Below, piece after piece: positions 24,600 to 38,071 of a DNA stretch of 64,000 bases. Positions within the stretch are counted from its first letter, which is position 1. The number at the start of each line of letters is the position of its first letter. Where the stretch lies: the NCBI RefSeq assembly GCF_006345805.1, contig NC_043017.1:28024001-28088000 (forward strand), read 5' to 3'. The position numbers were made by a program, and so were the translations under genes. The stretch comes from Octopus sinensis. Its lineage: Eukaryota. The notes under the pieces are model-generated. The model saw only the letters and a program-made list of their open reading frames with translations, searched no databases and was not told the DNA's origin.

Positions 24600-25040
24600 A
24601 ACACATTACATTCTGATTTCGAATCCAGCCAAGGTAGATTTTGCATTTCATATTTCCGAGTCGATAAATTAAATGCCAGTTGAGGAATAGTGTTTCACTG
24701 GTACTTATTTTATCGATCTCGAAATGATGAAAAGCAAAGTCGATCTTGGCAGAATTTTAACGCAGAATGTAAGGACGAACGAAAGACCCCTAAGCGTTCT
24801 GTCCAGCGCCCTAACTTTTCTGCCGGCTCACCGACTTAAGCAGCCTATAAATAATCCTTTCTATTATAGACACAAAGCCTGAAATTTCGTGAAAGGGGAT
24901 AAGTCGATTACATTCACCCCAGTGGTTAACTAGTGCTTATTTCATCGACCCCGAGAGGATGAAAAGCAAAGACGACCTCGGCTGAAATACCTCTTAGCAT
25001 TCTGCCCGGCGAACTGACCCTGGCAGCTCACCGACCTAAG
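24600..25040 (-). mobile_element. Cluster of degenerate SINE C copies (mostly minus strand)
   Basis: Two minus-strand copies each followed by AAGCAGCCTATAAATAAT; a plus-strand remnant at ~24615-24680. Confidence 0.7.
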
Positions 25041-25214
25041 CAGCCTATAAATAATAGTATTTTATTTTCATAACTTCCATTTCAAGCAAAAACTTGAAAC
25101 AGATTTTATATGGGTCGTAGACGGACCGACTGTCAATGTCAACCTAGAACTGAATGTATGATCTGTTTGTTTTTTTTCAATTACATATCAATATTTATAT
25201 ATTTGATATCCACC

Positions 25215-25253
<39 letters not shown>

Positions 25254-25837
25254 CTCCCCATGGCTGTCATCTCTTATATTCCTGCGTTAAGTCTTCCCTT
25301 CCACACACGCTAATTTAATTAGTCTTTAGTCGAAAGACATCTGTTGTTAATGTCCTGGTATTTGTATTTATTTACCGTTTCTCGGTTTTTTCTTTCTGTC
25401 CTTGTTTTCGTATACATTCGTTGCTCTCGTCCAATGAATCCAGTTGTTTTAGTTTAGTTTTTCCTTGGGGCTGGCCAGATTGGAGCAATCTCGAGTATAA
25501 CCAGCCAAAATTGCAAAGGTAATCTGGAACTCAACTGAGGCGGGTGGTAACACCGACTAATCCGTCTTTGTTTTTCCTGTCCCTGTTTTGTATCCTCTGT
25601 CTGGATGTTTTGCGTTCTTGTCCGATTTTTTGTATTCTTTATATAAAATATATAAGCACAAACAAGCGGAAAATATATACAGAAGTTCAGCAAACCCCCA
25701 TGAGCTATCGGCGGAAGGTTCTCAGTAATATGTATACACACACACACACACACATACGTATATATGTGTGTGCGCGTGTGAGTTACGCTAATGTATATTT
25801 AAGTATACATATGAGCATGCAGAAATATATCTCTTTC

Positions 25838-26246
25838 TCTTTTTCTCTTTTACTTGTTTCAGTCATTTGACTGCGGTCATGCTAGATCACCGCCTTTAGT
25901 CGAGCAAATCGACCCCAGGACTTATTCTTTGTAAGCCTAGTACTTATTCTAGCGGTCTCTTTTGCTGAACCGCTAGGTTACGGAGTCGTAAACACACCAG
26001 CATCGGTTGTCAAGCGATGTTGGGGGGACAAACGCAGACACAGAAACATATACATACAAACACACATATATACATACATATATACGACGGGCTTCTTTCA
26101 GTTTCCGTCTACCAAATCCACTCACAAGGCTTTGGTCAGCCCAAGGCTATAGTAGAAGACACTTGCCCAAGGTGCCACGCAGTGGGACTGAACCCGGAAC
26201 CATGTAGTTGGTAAGCAAGCTAGTTACCACACAGTCACTCCTACGC
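25838..26246 (-). mobile_element. SINE family B, full length
   Basis: Collinear with the other family B copies. Confidence 0.9.
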
Positions 26247-26664
26247 CAAAATATAAAGTGGAAGAATATATTAAAGAGAGGAAAGCCAATGGGGAGCATT
26301 AAAGGAAATGAGAAAAGAATTGCTTCGTGTGAGCGTGCATAAATCTCAAACTCAGATTGATAGGTGGACAAGCAGCACGGAAAAAGGTTGACCTGCAGCA
26401 TGATACATATAAAATTAGGTGAAATGACAGTCAAGTGAATATATTGTCATTGGTAGAGGAAAAGGTAAAATATCCATATACATAGAAAGGTGAAGGAATG
26501 TTGGATGCCGTGGGTTTTGACCTGCAGGAAAACAGACAAGCACGAGCGCAAGTACACTAATGTGCGTATCTAAGTGTGTGGTATGTGTATATAGGATGTT
26601 AGTAAATATATTTATGTATAGACATATGTGAATATATATAAATATATGTATATATATATGTATA

Positions 26665-26850
26665 TTCTTTTAATTGTATCTCTCATTTGATTACGGCCTT
26701 GCTGGAGCACCACCTTTAGTCGAATGAATCGACTCTAGGACTTAGTCTTTGCAAACCTGGCACTTATTTTGTAGGTCTCTTTCGCCGAACGGCTATGTTA
26801 CGGGGATATAAACACACCAACATCGGTTATCAATCGACGGTGGGTGATGC
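26665..26850 (-). mobile_element. SINE family B, diverged 3' half
   Basis: GCTGGAGCACCACCTTTAGTCGA...AAACACACCAACATCGGTT. Confidence 0.8.
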
Positions 26851-26858
26851 ACAGATAC

Positions 26859-26890
<32 letters not shown>

Positions 26891-26894
<4 letters not shown>

Positions 26895-27229
26895 TTATAA
26901 ATAGGAATAATATCGATATTTAAATATCGGTATCATCAAGTGGCCAGCATGGGAATAAATACCATACAAAGGTAATAACATTTTAAAACTAAAAATAAGG
27001 GTGTCTCTCAGACACCACCATGCCGAAATTGCAGTCAAATCCCTGACTCTAAAAACCACCTTAAATGTTCATATCGCACCATGAGATAAGTAATATTTTT
27101 TTGCTCGTCTATTTTGTCCCTCTGTCTTATCTCACGGTGCGATATGAACATTTATGGTGGTTCTTAGAGTCAGGGATTTGACTGTTATTTCGGCATGGTG
27201 GTGTCTCTCAGACACCCTTATTTTTAGTT
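26891..27229. mobile_element. (TA)n-flanked element with 104-bp inverted arms
   Basis: Arms 26987-27090 and 27126-27229 with a 35-bp spacer. Confidence 0.8.
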
Positions 27230-29229
27230 ATATATATATATTTATGAATTTATGATATGCAAATATGAGTGGCTTCCGTTGACGGAAACCGAAAAGAAGA
27301 ATGTAGCTATATACCAAAAAAAAAACCCCAAAAAACTTTCCAGACAAAGGACGAATTAAGATAAAAACACTAATAAACGATTGAAAAACAAATATATAGT
27401 GCGTGTGTTTATTTGGCGAAGATAATTTTAAATGACCGTACCGAAATACAACAGTATTTATTTCAACAGACGATTTCAAATCAGGAATCGTCCAACATAA
27501 ATTGATAAACTAAAAACAACATTAGCTTTTAAAGAGTTTATTTTTTTTTTTAAGATAATGATAACTTATTTGAATTTTGGATTTAAACATGCACGCTAAC
27601 GTTTGTTTGGAAGTCGCGGTGTTTGAAATGAAGAGATGCGCACGGAATGGTAAATATATTTTTAAAAATAGTTTACGTAGTGAGCCTAGCTGGTGAGCTT
27701 TACGTGTCAATTCGGCACAGAAAGCGAAAACAATTGATACTGAGGTATTTTCTCCACTCTGTCTAGTTTTAAAAACAGAGACAATTGCTTTTCTTAGTAT
27801 ATATGCTACGTTCTCCGAGCGAGTTTACATATAGAGATAGATGCGTGGCTTTGGAGAGTTTCAACACTTCTTTCTAGCAAACAGGTACTTATCGATCCCT
27901 AACTTTTAATATATACATATGTATCATATATACGTGTATTAGACCCCCCCCCACACACACACACACATATTTGTGTGTGTTTACCCTTTTCTTCATCCAC
28001 TCAGCTTTAAACTTTCCTGCATTAGGATTTGAAGTGTTCGAGACTCATCTCTCCACCCTGAAGACGAAAGCTTCCTCTACCTAATGTTTATACGCCTCCA
28101 CTATTGGTTACATATCCTTCACTTTTGGGGGGAACTACACGCGCCAAAATCTGGAAGTAACCCCGGCACCCTAGAAACAGCTTTCAGACATGGAATACTA
28201 TACCTGCTCCTTTTAATTTTCTGTTGTCTTTGTACTCTGTGTACGATTGCTGTGATAACATATAAATATCTATATTGTCATACAACAATATTTTCACTCA
28301 TTGTTTACTCTCTATTTACAATATGTAGTATATCTAGCCCAAACTACAAAGAAAATGGTATGCATCAATATCCCTTTAGTTCAACTCCGTATCCGCTCAC
28401 CTGAATTCTTATGACCTCTATTTACCCGTTGAACTTAGTCCACATAAAGATTTCAAAGTGTAACTTCAAATCGTTTGAGCTCTAATGAGCACCACTGCAT
28501 CACATTTGTTGATTCCTCTCGCTCTCTCTCTCTTTTTCTCAGTATATCATACACACACACACACATATATATATATATATTTTTTTTTTTCATTTATTTA
28601 TACACACACACAACGGACTCCTTTCAGTTTCTCTAAAAAGAACCACTGACACCTTGTGCTCAAAGATTCCACGCAGTGAGACTGAACCCGGAACGATGTC
28701 GTTCGGAAGTTAACTACGTACTGCATGCATTTATACAATACGTGAGACGCTTCCACAGATATTATTGCACACACAAAGCTGAAACCTGAAACTGCAGTAA
28801 CTACTACAGAAAACAAGGAAACCCTACAGGTTGAGCAAACAATGAAAATACACGTCAAGGAAATCAAATCGACTCGTTGAAATATAATATTCCGTTCCAG
28901 CAATCACACGGTATCAATACACACCTTTCGTTCTACACAAACCCGAATACACAGATACATACATATATATATATATATTGCAGTCATACGCATACGCGAA
29001 ATCGTGTGAACGATCACAAAGGCAGAGAAGTCCAACGAATGCTGTAACTAAAGCAGCCACACGACTGACAAATGAAACAGTCAACATCAATCAACGACTT
29101 TGTACTTTAATTTAATTTCTTTAGAAATCCATATGTGACAGTGGAATAATAGGGCTTACACGACGTTAATTCGGAAACGTGTCGGGGAGAAACTATTGGA
29201 TATGCAGAAAAAATTGTGTGAGTGTGTGT

Positions 29230-29350
29230 AGGTATGTGTGTATATGTCTGAATATATATATGTGTATGTATATATATATGTGTATGTATATATATATGTG
29301 TATGTATATATATATGTGTATGTATATATATATGTGTGTGTGTGCGTATG

Positions 29351-29381
<31 letters not shown>

Positions 29382-30065
29382 ATATATATATATGTGTGTG
29401 TGTATGTATATATATATATGTATATATGTGTGTATGTATATATGTATATATATGTGTGTGTATGTATATATGTATATATATGTGTGTGTATGTATATATG
29501 TGTGTATGTATATATGTATATATGTGTGTGTATGTATATATATGTATATATATGTGTGTGTATGTATATATATATATATGTATATATATGTGTGTGTGTG
29601 TATGTATATGTATATGTGTATGTATATATATATATATGTGTGTGTATGTATATGTATGTTCGTATGTGTGTATATATATATGTATGTATGTATATGTATG
29701 TATGTATGTGGAGGCGCAATGTCCTAGTGGTTAGGGCAGCGGACTTGCGGTCGGAGGATCGCGGTTTCGATTCCCAGACCGGGCGTTGTGTGTGTTTATT
29801 GAGCGAAAACACCTAAAAGCTCCACGAGGCTCCGGCAGGAGGTGGTGATCCCTGCTGTACTCTTTCACCACTCTAAAGGCGGTGCTCCAGCATGGCCGCA
29901 GTCAAATGACTGAAACAAGTACAAAAAAAAATATGTGTATGTATATATATGTATGTGTATATATATGTATGTGTATATATATGTATGTATATATATATGT
30001 ATGTATATATATGTGTGTGTATGTATGTATATATATATATATATATGTGTGTGTATGTATGTATG

Positions 30066-30098
<33 letters not shown>

Positions 30099-30256
30099 AT
30101 GTATATATATATATGTATATATGTGTGTATGTATATATGTATATATATGTGTGTGTATGTATATATGTATATATATGTGTGTGTATGTATATATGTGTGT
30201 ATGTATATATGTATATATATGTGTGTGTATGTATATATGTATATATATGTGTGTGT

Positions 30257-30290
<34 letters not shown>

Positions 30291-30686
30291 ATGTATATAT
30301 ATATGTATATGTGTATGTATATATATATATATGTGTGTGTGTGTATATATATATGTATATATATGTGTATGTATATATATATATATATGTGTGTATGTAT
30401 ATGTATATATATGTATGTATGTGGAGGCGCAATGTCCTAGTGGTTAGGGCAGCGGACTTGCGGTCGGAGGATCGCGGTTTCGATTCCCAGACCGGGCGTT
30501 GTGTGTGTTTATTGAGCGAAAACACCTAAAAGCTCCACGAGGCTCCGGCAGGAGGTGGTGATCCCTGCTGTACTCTTTCACCACTCTAAAGGCGGTGCTC
30601 CAGCATGGCCGCAGTCAATGACTGAAACAAGTACAAAAAAAAAATATGTGTATGTATATATATGTATGTGTATATATATGTATGTG

Positions 30687-30725
<39 letters not shown>

Positions 30726-30740
30726 GTGTGTGTATGTATG

Positions 30741-30771
<31 letters not shown>

Positions 30772-30782
30772 ATGTATGTATG

Positions 30783-30836
<54 letters not shown>

Positions 30837-30873
30837 ATATATATATATATATAATATATATATATATATATAA
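29230..30873 (+). repeat. Tandem duplication (period 713 bp) of microsatellite plus chimeric SINE
   Basis: Near-identical SINE E head / SINE B tail units at 29708-29931 and 30421-30644. Confidence 0.9.
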
Positions 30874-30940
30874 TAAGAAACAATGGAAACCCCATAGGTT
30901 TATTGTACATATATATGTATATATATATGTGTGTGTGTGT

Positions 30941-31302
30941 AGATGCAGGCGTGGCTGTATGGTAAGAAGCTTTCTTCTGAACCTCATGGCTCCATGTTCA
31001 GTCCCATTGCTTGGCACATTGAGCGAGTGTATTCCCCTATATTCTAGGCCTTACCAAAGCATTGTGAGTGAATTGGGTAGGAAACTGAAAGGAGCTTCTC
31101 GAAAAAAAAAATGTAGAGAAATATACATACACACACACACACACACATACATACGACGGGCTTCTTTGAGATTCCGTCTACTAAATCCACTCACAAGGCT
31201 TTAGTCAGCCCGAGGATATAGTAGAAGACACTTGCCCAAGGTGCCACGCAGTGTGACTGAACCCAGAACCATGTGATTGGTAAGCAAGCTACTTACCTCA
31301 CT
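30941..31302. mobile_element. Two SINE B head halves in inverted orientation (30941-31100 +, 31152-31302 -)
   Basis: Homology to the family B head. Confidence 0.8.
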
Positions 31303-31484
31303 GTTGATCATTTTCTTCTTTTTTTTTTCTATGAAATCTTCTCAACTATGAATTTGCAGAGACTCAAAAAAGACACTAAATAACATTATTCATTTCTGAG
31401 GTTTTAAAGCTAAAGTAACGTTAAACTAATGTATCCCTCATTTTTGGTTGGATGAGAAAATGTTGTATACGATATACAAATAAT

Positions 31485-31871
31485 CCTCTCTATAATAAGC
31501 ACAACGCATGACATTTTGAGGGAGGGGACCAGTCGTTTCTATCAACCTCAGTGCGTGAGTGGTATTGAATTTATCGACCCCGAAAGGACGAAAGGCAAAG
31601 TCGACCTCGGCGGAATTCGAACCCAGAACGTAGCGGCAGACGAAATACCTATTTCTTTACTACCCACAAGGGGCTAAACTCAGAGAGAACAAACAAGGAC
31701 AGACAAAACGGATTAAGTCGATTACATCGACCCCAGTGCGTAACTGGTACTTATTTAATCGACCCCGAAAGGATGAAAGGCAAAGTCGACCTCGGCGGAA
31801 TTTGAACTCAGAACGTACCGCTAAGCATTTCGCCCGGCGTGCTAACGTTTCTGCCAGCTCACCGGCTTTGT
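31485..31871 (-). mobile_element. SINE C dimer with 14-bp TSD
   Basis: TSD GATATACAAATAAT at 31471-31484 and 31872-31885. Confidence 0.9.
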
Positions 31872-32359
31872 GATATACAAATAATGTTATCAGTTAGTAT
31901 GGGAACGTAGATCACTGCTTTGGTTCTGTGACAAATTAATAATAGATTCTGTGGTAATCAAGTTCTGCAAATTGAATAATTAAAACGGAAACTCTCATAT
32001 AATTTTCTCTGCAATCTGGTAACGATGATCTTTTTGTAAATGTGTAATTATTATGCTACCTTTCATCTATCTTCCATTATTTCGAGATTAACTAGAATAA
32101 CTTATGACATGGCTGCTGCGTTCTCTTATTGTATGGCTCAATAGCAAGCGTTTGCTTAACATTTCATAGAAGTATACGAAACTAGAAATGAAATATTGAT
32201 AAATAAATATACCATTGATCCTTGTGCGAAACAGAGACACCAGGATTCTGTCGATATGATATCTTGATATACTCACTATTACATTATATTCCTACAGGTT
32301 TTGTTATATAACTTACGGATAGCGTTTATCAGTTACAAACACTCACTTTCGTAAATACC

Positions 32360-32735
32360 CACATGCACACACACTAACACTCGCATACGTACATACACAG
32401 ATATACACAAACACACAGTGCACATACACAGAAATACACAAATACACAGTGCACATACACAGAAATACACAAACACACACGTACACACACTAACACACGC
32501 ATACATACATACACAGAAATACACAAACACACGCATACATACATACACAGAAATACACAAACACACAGTGCACATACACAGAAATACACAAACACACACG
32601 TACACACACTAACACACGCATACATACATACACAGAAATACACAAACACACGCATACATACATACACAGAAATACACAAACACACAGTGCACATACACAG
32701 AAATACACAAACACACACTGCACATACACACAGAG
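32360..32735. repeat. CA-rich minisatellite (ACACAGAAATACACAAACACAC core) with higher-order structure
   Basis: About 10 units alternating between a few variant types. Confidence 0.9.
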
Positions 32736-33755
32736 ACACGTACGCAGACGTAGAGCGAGTGAGAGGGGAAAACTTTTATATATTGTTTTATCTGATTCAA
32801 CATTTCTTAGATCTTTTGATCACATGTTATGAATATGAACATAACTGTAATGTGAATTTGTCCATATGCCGATACATAAGAAAAGATAGCGAAGCATTTA
32901 AGAAACCATAGCTTATGATGAATAAATGATAAGCGACAGAGGAATATAAAGATAGAATTGAAACGCTAATGCATCTATAATTTAGGAGCAATTTAATATC
33001 CAGAGGGAATAACTCATGTCTAGGTTTGGTTGATCTCGGAGAACGGGTTGACGGTATGTCCGATTACCAAACAATATATTAACATTTCATACCTCCAGGC
33101 TGCGTGCTGTTTATGTCCACGTTACTTAACATTCTCCGGCTCCCGAAACATTTTGCAGTAAATAGATAATATAATAGAATAATGCAATATGCAGATGGAA
33201 TTTTTGATTAAGTTTGAAAGTAGTATTCTTGCTCCGTGAATCATTTGATTTCTGGTTAATCATTCCCAAGTTTAACTTACGCAAATTATATTCTCTGCAT
33301 TTACTCATTACATAACTAGTTACCGTTCGTTTGTCAAATTTTCACTGAATTAAGCTTATCTACAGATGAAATAATGATAAGCTATTATACCATCGTTATT
33401 GGTATCATTTTGCTGTAGTGCTGTGTTTATTACTTGCTTTCATTGTAACACGAAGACCACCTCTCTGCGCCTTGAAGACATGCATTGTCTTGTTTGAGTT
33501 TAGAGATTTCTATTGAACAGAACGTACGCTACTCTTTAGCAGGATCAAATCAAAAGAGATCAAAGTTTCTCTGCGAACCATAAGGCCCGCTCGCTTCGCG
33601 GATTCTGTGACATATCTATCTCCACACCCAATCCGCCTCATTGATGCATTGCTGATCTTCGCCAGCTGAGAGGACTCTAAGGAAATGAAACGCTTTGCTC
33701 AAGATCACAACGCATCGCCCTAACGTGGAATCGAAGTCAAATTTTTTTTAAACAT

Positions 33756-34140
33756 AGGCGCAGAAGTGGCTGTGTGGTAAGTAGCTTGCATACCAACAGC
33801 ATGGTTCCGGGTTCAGTCCCACTGCGTGGCACTTTGGGCAAGTGTCTTCTACTATAGCCTCGGGCCGACCAAAGCCTTGTGAGTGGATTTGGTAGACGGA
33901 AACTGAAAGAAGCCCGTCGTATATATGTATATATATATATGTGTGTGTTTGTGTGTCTGAGTTTGTCCCCCCCCCCCCAGCATTGCTTGACAACCGATGC
34001 TGGTGCGTTTATGTCTCGTAACTTAGCGTTTCGGCAAAAGATTTGCTCACAAAGAATAAGTCCTGGGGTCGATTTACTCGATGAAAAGCGGTGCTCCAGC
34101 ATGGCCACAGTCGAATGACTGAAACAAGTAAGAGAGAGTA
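33756..34140 (+). mobile_element. SINE family B
   Basis: Head AGGCGCAGAAGTGGCTGTGTGG; internal deletion in the 3' half. Confidence 0.9.
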
Positions 34141-34211
34141 TGAGTACAACACCCGCAGCCACTCAGGCACGTGCCTTCCAGATTGTTTCTACAAGCTGTG
34201 CATTCTGATAT

Positions 34212-34445
34212 TCTTTTACTTGTTTCTGTCATTTTACAGCGGCCATGCTGGAGCACCATATTTTAGTCGAAGAAATCAACGGCAGAAATTATTCTTTGTG
34301 AGCCGGGCACTTATTATATTGGTCTCTTTTGCCAAACGCTAAGTGACATGAACGTAAACACAGCAACATCGGTTGTCAAGCGATGGTGGAGTGGGGAACA
34401 AAAACAAACACATACAAACGCACGCACACACACATGCTCACAAGC

Positions 34446-34478
<33 letters not shown>

Positions 34479-35062
34479 ACTAATGTATCATTTATGTCTT
34501 ACGTATTTATCGCTGACGAGGAGGAAATTCTTATGAATTAAGCCCGAAATTGGGACCAATACGGTAATAATGGATTGTTTAGAAATTTCTATCGGTTTGT
34601 TTCGAGACGCATAAATTATAATGGTTATTGACAATTCTGTCTTTTTTTCGGCATATTTGGCATTGGAATTTTTCTTTTGCCCTTATTTTGTAAGTTATAT
34701 ATATATATTTCTTTACTACCCACAAGGGGCTAAACGCAGAGGGGACAAACGAGGACAGACAAACGGATTAAGTCGATTATATCAACCCCAGTGCGTAACT
34801 GGTACTTAATTTATCGACCCCGAAAGGATGAAAGGCAAAGTCGACCGCGGCGGAATTTGAACCCAGATATATATATATATATAATATATATATATATATA
34901 TAAATATATATATACATACACATATACGACGGGCTTCTTTCACTATCCGTCTACCAATTCCACTCACTAGGTTTTGGTCGGCCCGAGGCTATAGCAGTGG
35001 GACTGTACCTGAAACCTTGTGTTTGGGAAGCAAGGTTCTTCCCACACAGCCACTCCTGCGTC
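34212..35062 (-). mobile_element. SINE B whose central microsatellite contains a pLTR-like fragment (~34476-34700) and a partial SINE C (34707-34866)
   Basis: 3' half at 34212-34400 and head half at 34925-35062 in the same orientation. Confidence 0.7.
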
Positions 35063-35419
35063 TATATATGAGCAAAACATTCGGTTTTGGCTAAGTATTT
35101 GAATGCATAGTTTGGAAAAATTTCACAGACCTCCCATCATAAACACTGTTTCTCTTTTCAAACCTCACCACACCATCTCGAACAGAAATACACAAACGAA
35201 CATTTGCAACGTCTCATTTTCTTGATTTTTATATTTGACGAGTTCCTCCGTTTCTTTTGGGAATAAATTATCATATGTTTATAATCTCACTTCGATTAGA
35301 AGCTACGTCATTGCCGAATTCCCAGTCGGTTAATTACTCTGCGACTGACTGTCAGTTTGGATTGAAACATTTTTTATAGTTTGGTCACTTTGCCAGTATG
35401 TTTTAAATGTACAAAATAT

Positions 35420-35635
35420 TCTTTCCTACTCTAGGCACAAGGCCTGAAATATTTCTGGGTGGGTGCCAGTCGATTATATCGATCCCCACTATACAACTGG
35501 TACGTAATTTATCGACCTCGAAAGGATGAAAGGAAAAGTCGACCTCGGCGAAATTTGAACTCAGATCGTAACGGCAGACGAAATAGCGCTAAGCATTTCA
35601 GCCCGGCGTGCTAGCAGTTCTGCCATCTCGCCGCT
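35420..35635 (-). mobile_element. SINE family C monomer with the alternative tail
   Basis: Minus-strand tail AGGCCTTGTGCCTAGAGTAGG. Confidence 0.85.
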
Positions 35636-35758
35636 TTAGATGTAAAAAAAATATTGTTTGATAATCAACGGCTCTCTCTACGATCTTTTGAGAGCTTTTC
35701 TATTTTCTATTTATTTACTATCTTTTTGTTGGTTTTTCATAATACTGGCACTATGGGA

Positions 35759-36142
35759 TGGAAGCACTCCGACGGTTACAACGATGAGGGTTCCTGTTGA
35801 TCCGAATCAACGGAACAGCCTGCTCGTGAAATTAACGTGTAAGTGGCTGAGCACTCCACAGATACGTGTACCCTTAACGTAGTTCTCGGGGATATTCAGC
35901 GTGACAGAAAGTGACAAGGCCGGCCCTTTGAAATACAGGTACAACAGAAACAGGAAGTTAGAGTGAGAAAAAAGTTGTGGTGAAAGAGTACAGCAGGGAT
36001 CACCACCATCCCCTGCCGGAGCCTCGTGGAGCTTTTTAGGTGTTTTCGCTCAATAAACACTCACAACGCCCGGTCTGGGAATCGAAACCGCGATCCTACA
36101 ACCGCGAGTCCGCTGCCCTAACCACTGGGCCATTGCGCCTCC
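35759..36142 (-). mobile_element. SINE family E, full length
   Basis: Near-identical to 18499-18884. Confidence 0.95.
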
Positions 36143-36149
36143 TACGACA

Positions 36150-36780
36150 CTGTATAATTTCCTGATTAATATTGGGCAGCCAGGGAAGAAAAAGAAAATG
36201 GCAAATATTTTCACCGCTAAGTGTTGAGCCATTGTATAACATTTTCAGCTTCATTATAAGCTCTTTGGGATCTGATGGCACTGAATAACTTTTGTTCAAG
36301 CCTGTTTCTCCATAAAGAAACTTTCGCTTAAGCTTGTGCTTCGTTACCAGTGATGCGAGTTCCCTTTGCCTAATTCCTGTCTGCTCAATTTTTCTGATTA
36401 GGTTCAATAGATTTTCGCATCATCACGTTTGCTCCCATTATAGGTCAATTTTTTACTTGATCACATTTACTGCTTTTCTTTCTCATTTTCGCTCACAGCC
36501 ATCCCAGGTTTCTTTACCTCCAAATATGTGCTCAGTATCCTCAATGCAATCAGTCACTAATTTTTTCGATAATTTCATGTGATTTTTCCTTATTGGATGC
36601 AGAATGTCTTGTAAACCGACAGACACTTGAAATTCGATTATTGCGTACCGCCTTAAATTCCATCGTGCTTTATAGTGGTAGGCATAGTCTTTCCGTATGA
36701 AGTTTTTTTTGGCGTTTTCTAAATTCAGAGTGTATTTTTTTTCTCTAATCTCACATTTTCTCAAACATTTCTTTCATTTC
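36150..36780 (-). pseudogene. Possible decayed hAT-like transposase fragment
   Basis: Two adjacent minus-strand ORFs; KNHMKLSKKLVTDCIEDTEHIFG loosely resembles the KPHTIGExLIxPC region of hAT transposases; weak. Confidence 0.25.
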
Positions 36781-37074
36781 TGACGTTTGAACTTTATTTT
36801 CTTATTCGAACACAAACTATTTTAAGTCTGTATTTGGGATAATTTTCATATTTCCGTTTTTTTTTTCTTTTTAAATATCACAGCATTTTTAATTATAATT
36901 TCGATCATTTAATGGTCACATCTGCACCCTTTCTCAATGTGAATCTTAAACCAAATAAATGTAATAAATTCATGCACTGTCTGCAGAAGTGTTTCTCGTA
37001 GTTTAGACTTCGCTGCAAAACACTTAGTAGTCCATATACAAAGTCAGCTACGTGGCCTGTCAAAGCATTTGCAT

Positions 37075-37110
<36 letters not shown>

Positions 37111-37581
37111 TATTAGTTGATGTAAGTAAGAAGTTTATGAATGGTTAGAACATGATTCGTTTGTTCCTAGTTTTAAGTACACTACCTCTTACTGATACAA
37201 TGACGGTAACGAGAATATGTCCCGGCTTATAATTCTAATATGTGTTTGTGTGTGTTCTAATAATCAATTATGAGTTTCAGCGAGATGCTGTGGCCGCACT
37301 GAGGCGCCTATGTACGCTTAAATACTCCAACAGAAACACATGGACACCTATATGTCCACAGTTTGTATAAAATCTAGACACAATGCGTTGAACTAGTACA
37401 CATAGTTGTACTAGCTGTTATACTAATGATATTGTCTATAATGATTGCAACCATAATAATAAAAAAAAAATCAACCGTTTTATTTATTGCCAAAAATACA
37501 GTATGAAAAGAGTTTATGACAATAGTTACAATAATGGTTCACAAAACACTCCATTATTATTATCAATATTGTTGTTGTTGT

Positions 37582-38045
37582 TAAGGCTGTGATCTGTTAA
37601 GGCCGGAATCGTTAATGCGCCAAAGAAAATGCTTAGCGGAAATTTGTACGTTTTAAAGTTCTCAATTCGAATTATGCAGAGGTCGACTTTGCCTTTCATC
37701 ATTCCACGGTCGATAAAATATCAACCAATGAAACACTATGATCGATGTGAAAGACTTGCATCTCCCCCGAAATTGCTGGCCTTGTGCCACAATTTGAAAC
37801 CATTGTCCTTTTTGTTATGGTTGTATTCTGGCAGAATTGTTAGCACGCCAGGGTAAAATTCCTAACGGTATTTCGTCCGCCTTACGTCCCGAGTTCAAAT
37901 TCCATCGTGGTTGAATAAGGTGCTTATCTTTTCAGTGTCGATAAAACGTCATCTTTCTTTATTCCAGAGGAACTCCGGTCTCCATTTAATTGACATAGCC
38001 CCTCCCCCGAACTTGCTGGCATTGTGCCAAAATTTAAAACCATTA
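37582..38045 (+). mobile_element. Two degenerate SINE C copies
   Basis: GAGGTCGACTTTGCCTTTCATC and CCCCCGAAATTGCTGGCCTTGTGCC-type tails. Confidence 0.65.
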
Positions 38046-38071
38046 TTAGGATTATTATGATTATTATTATT

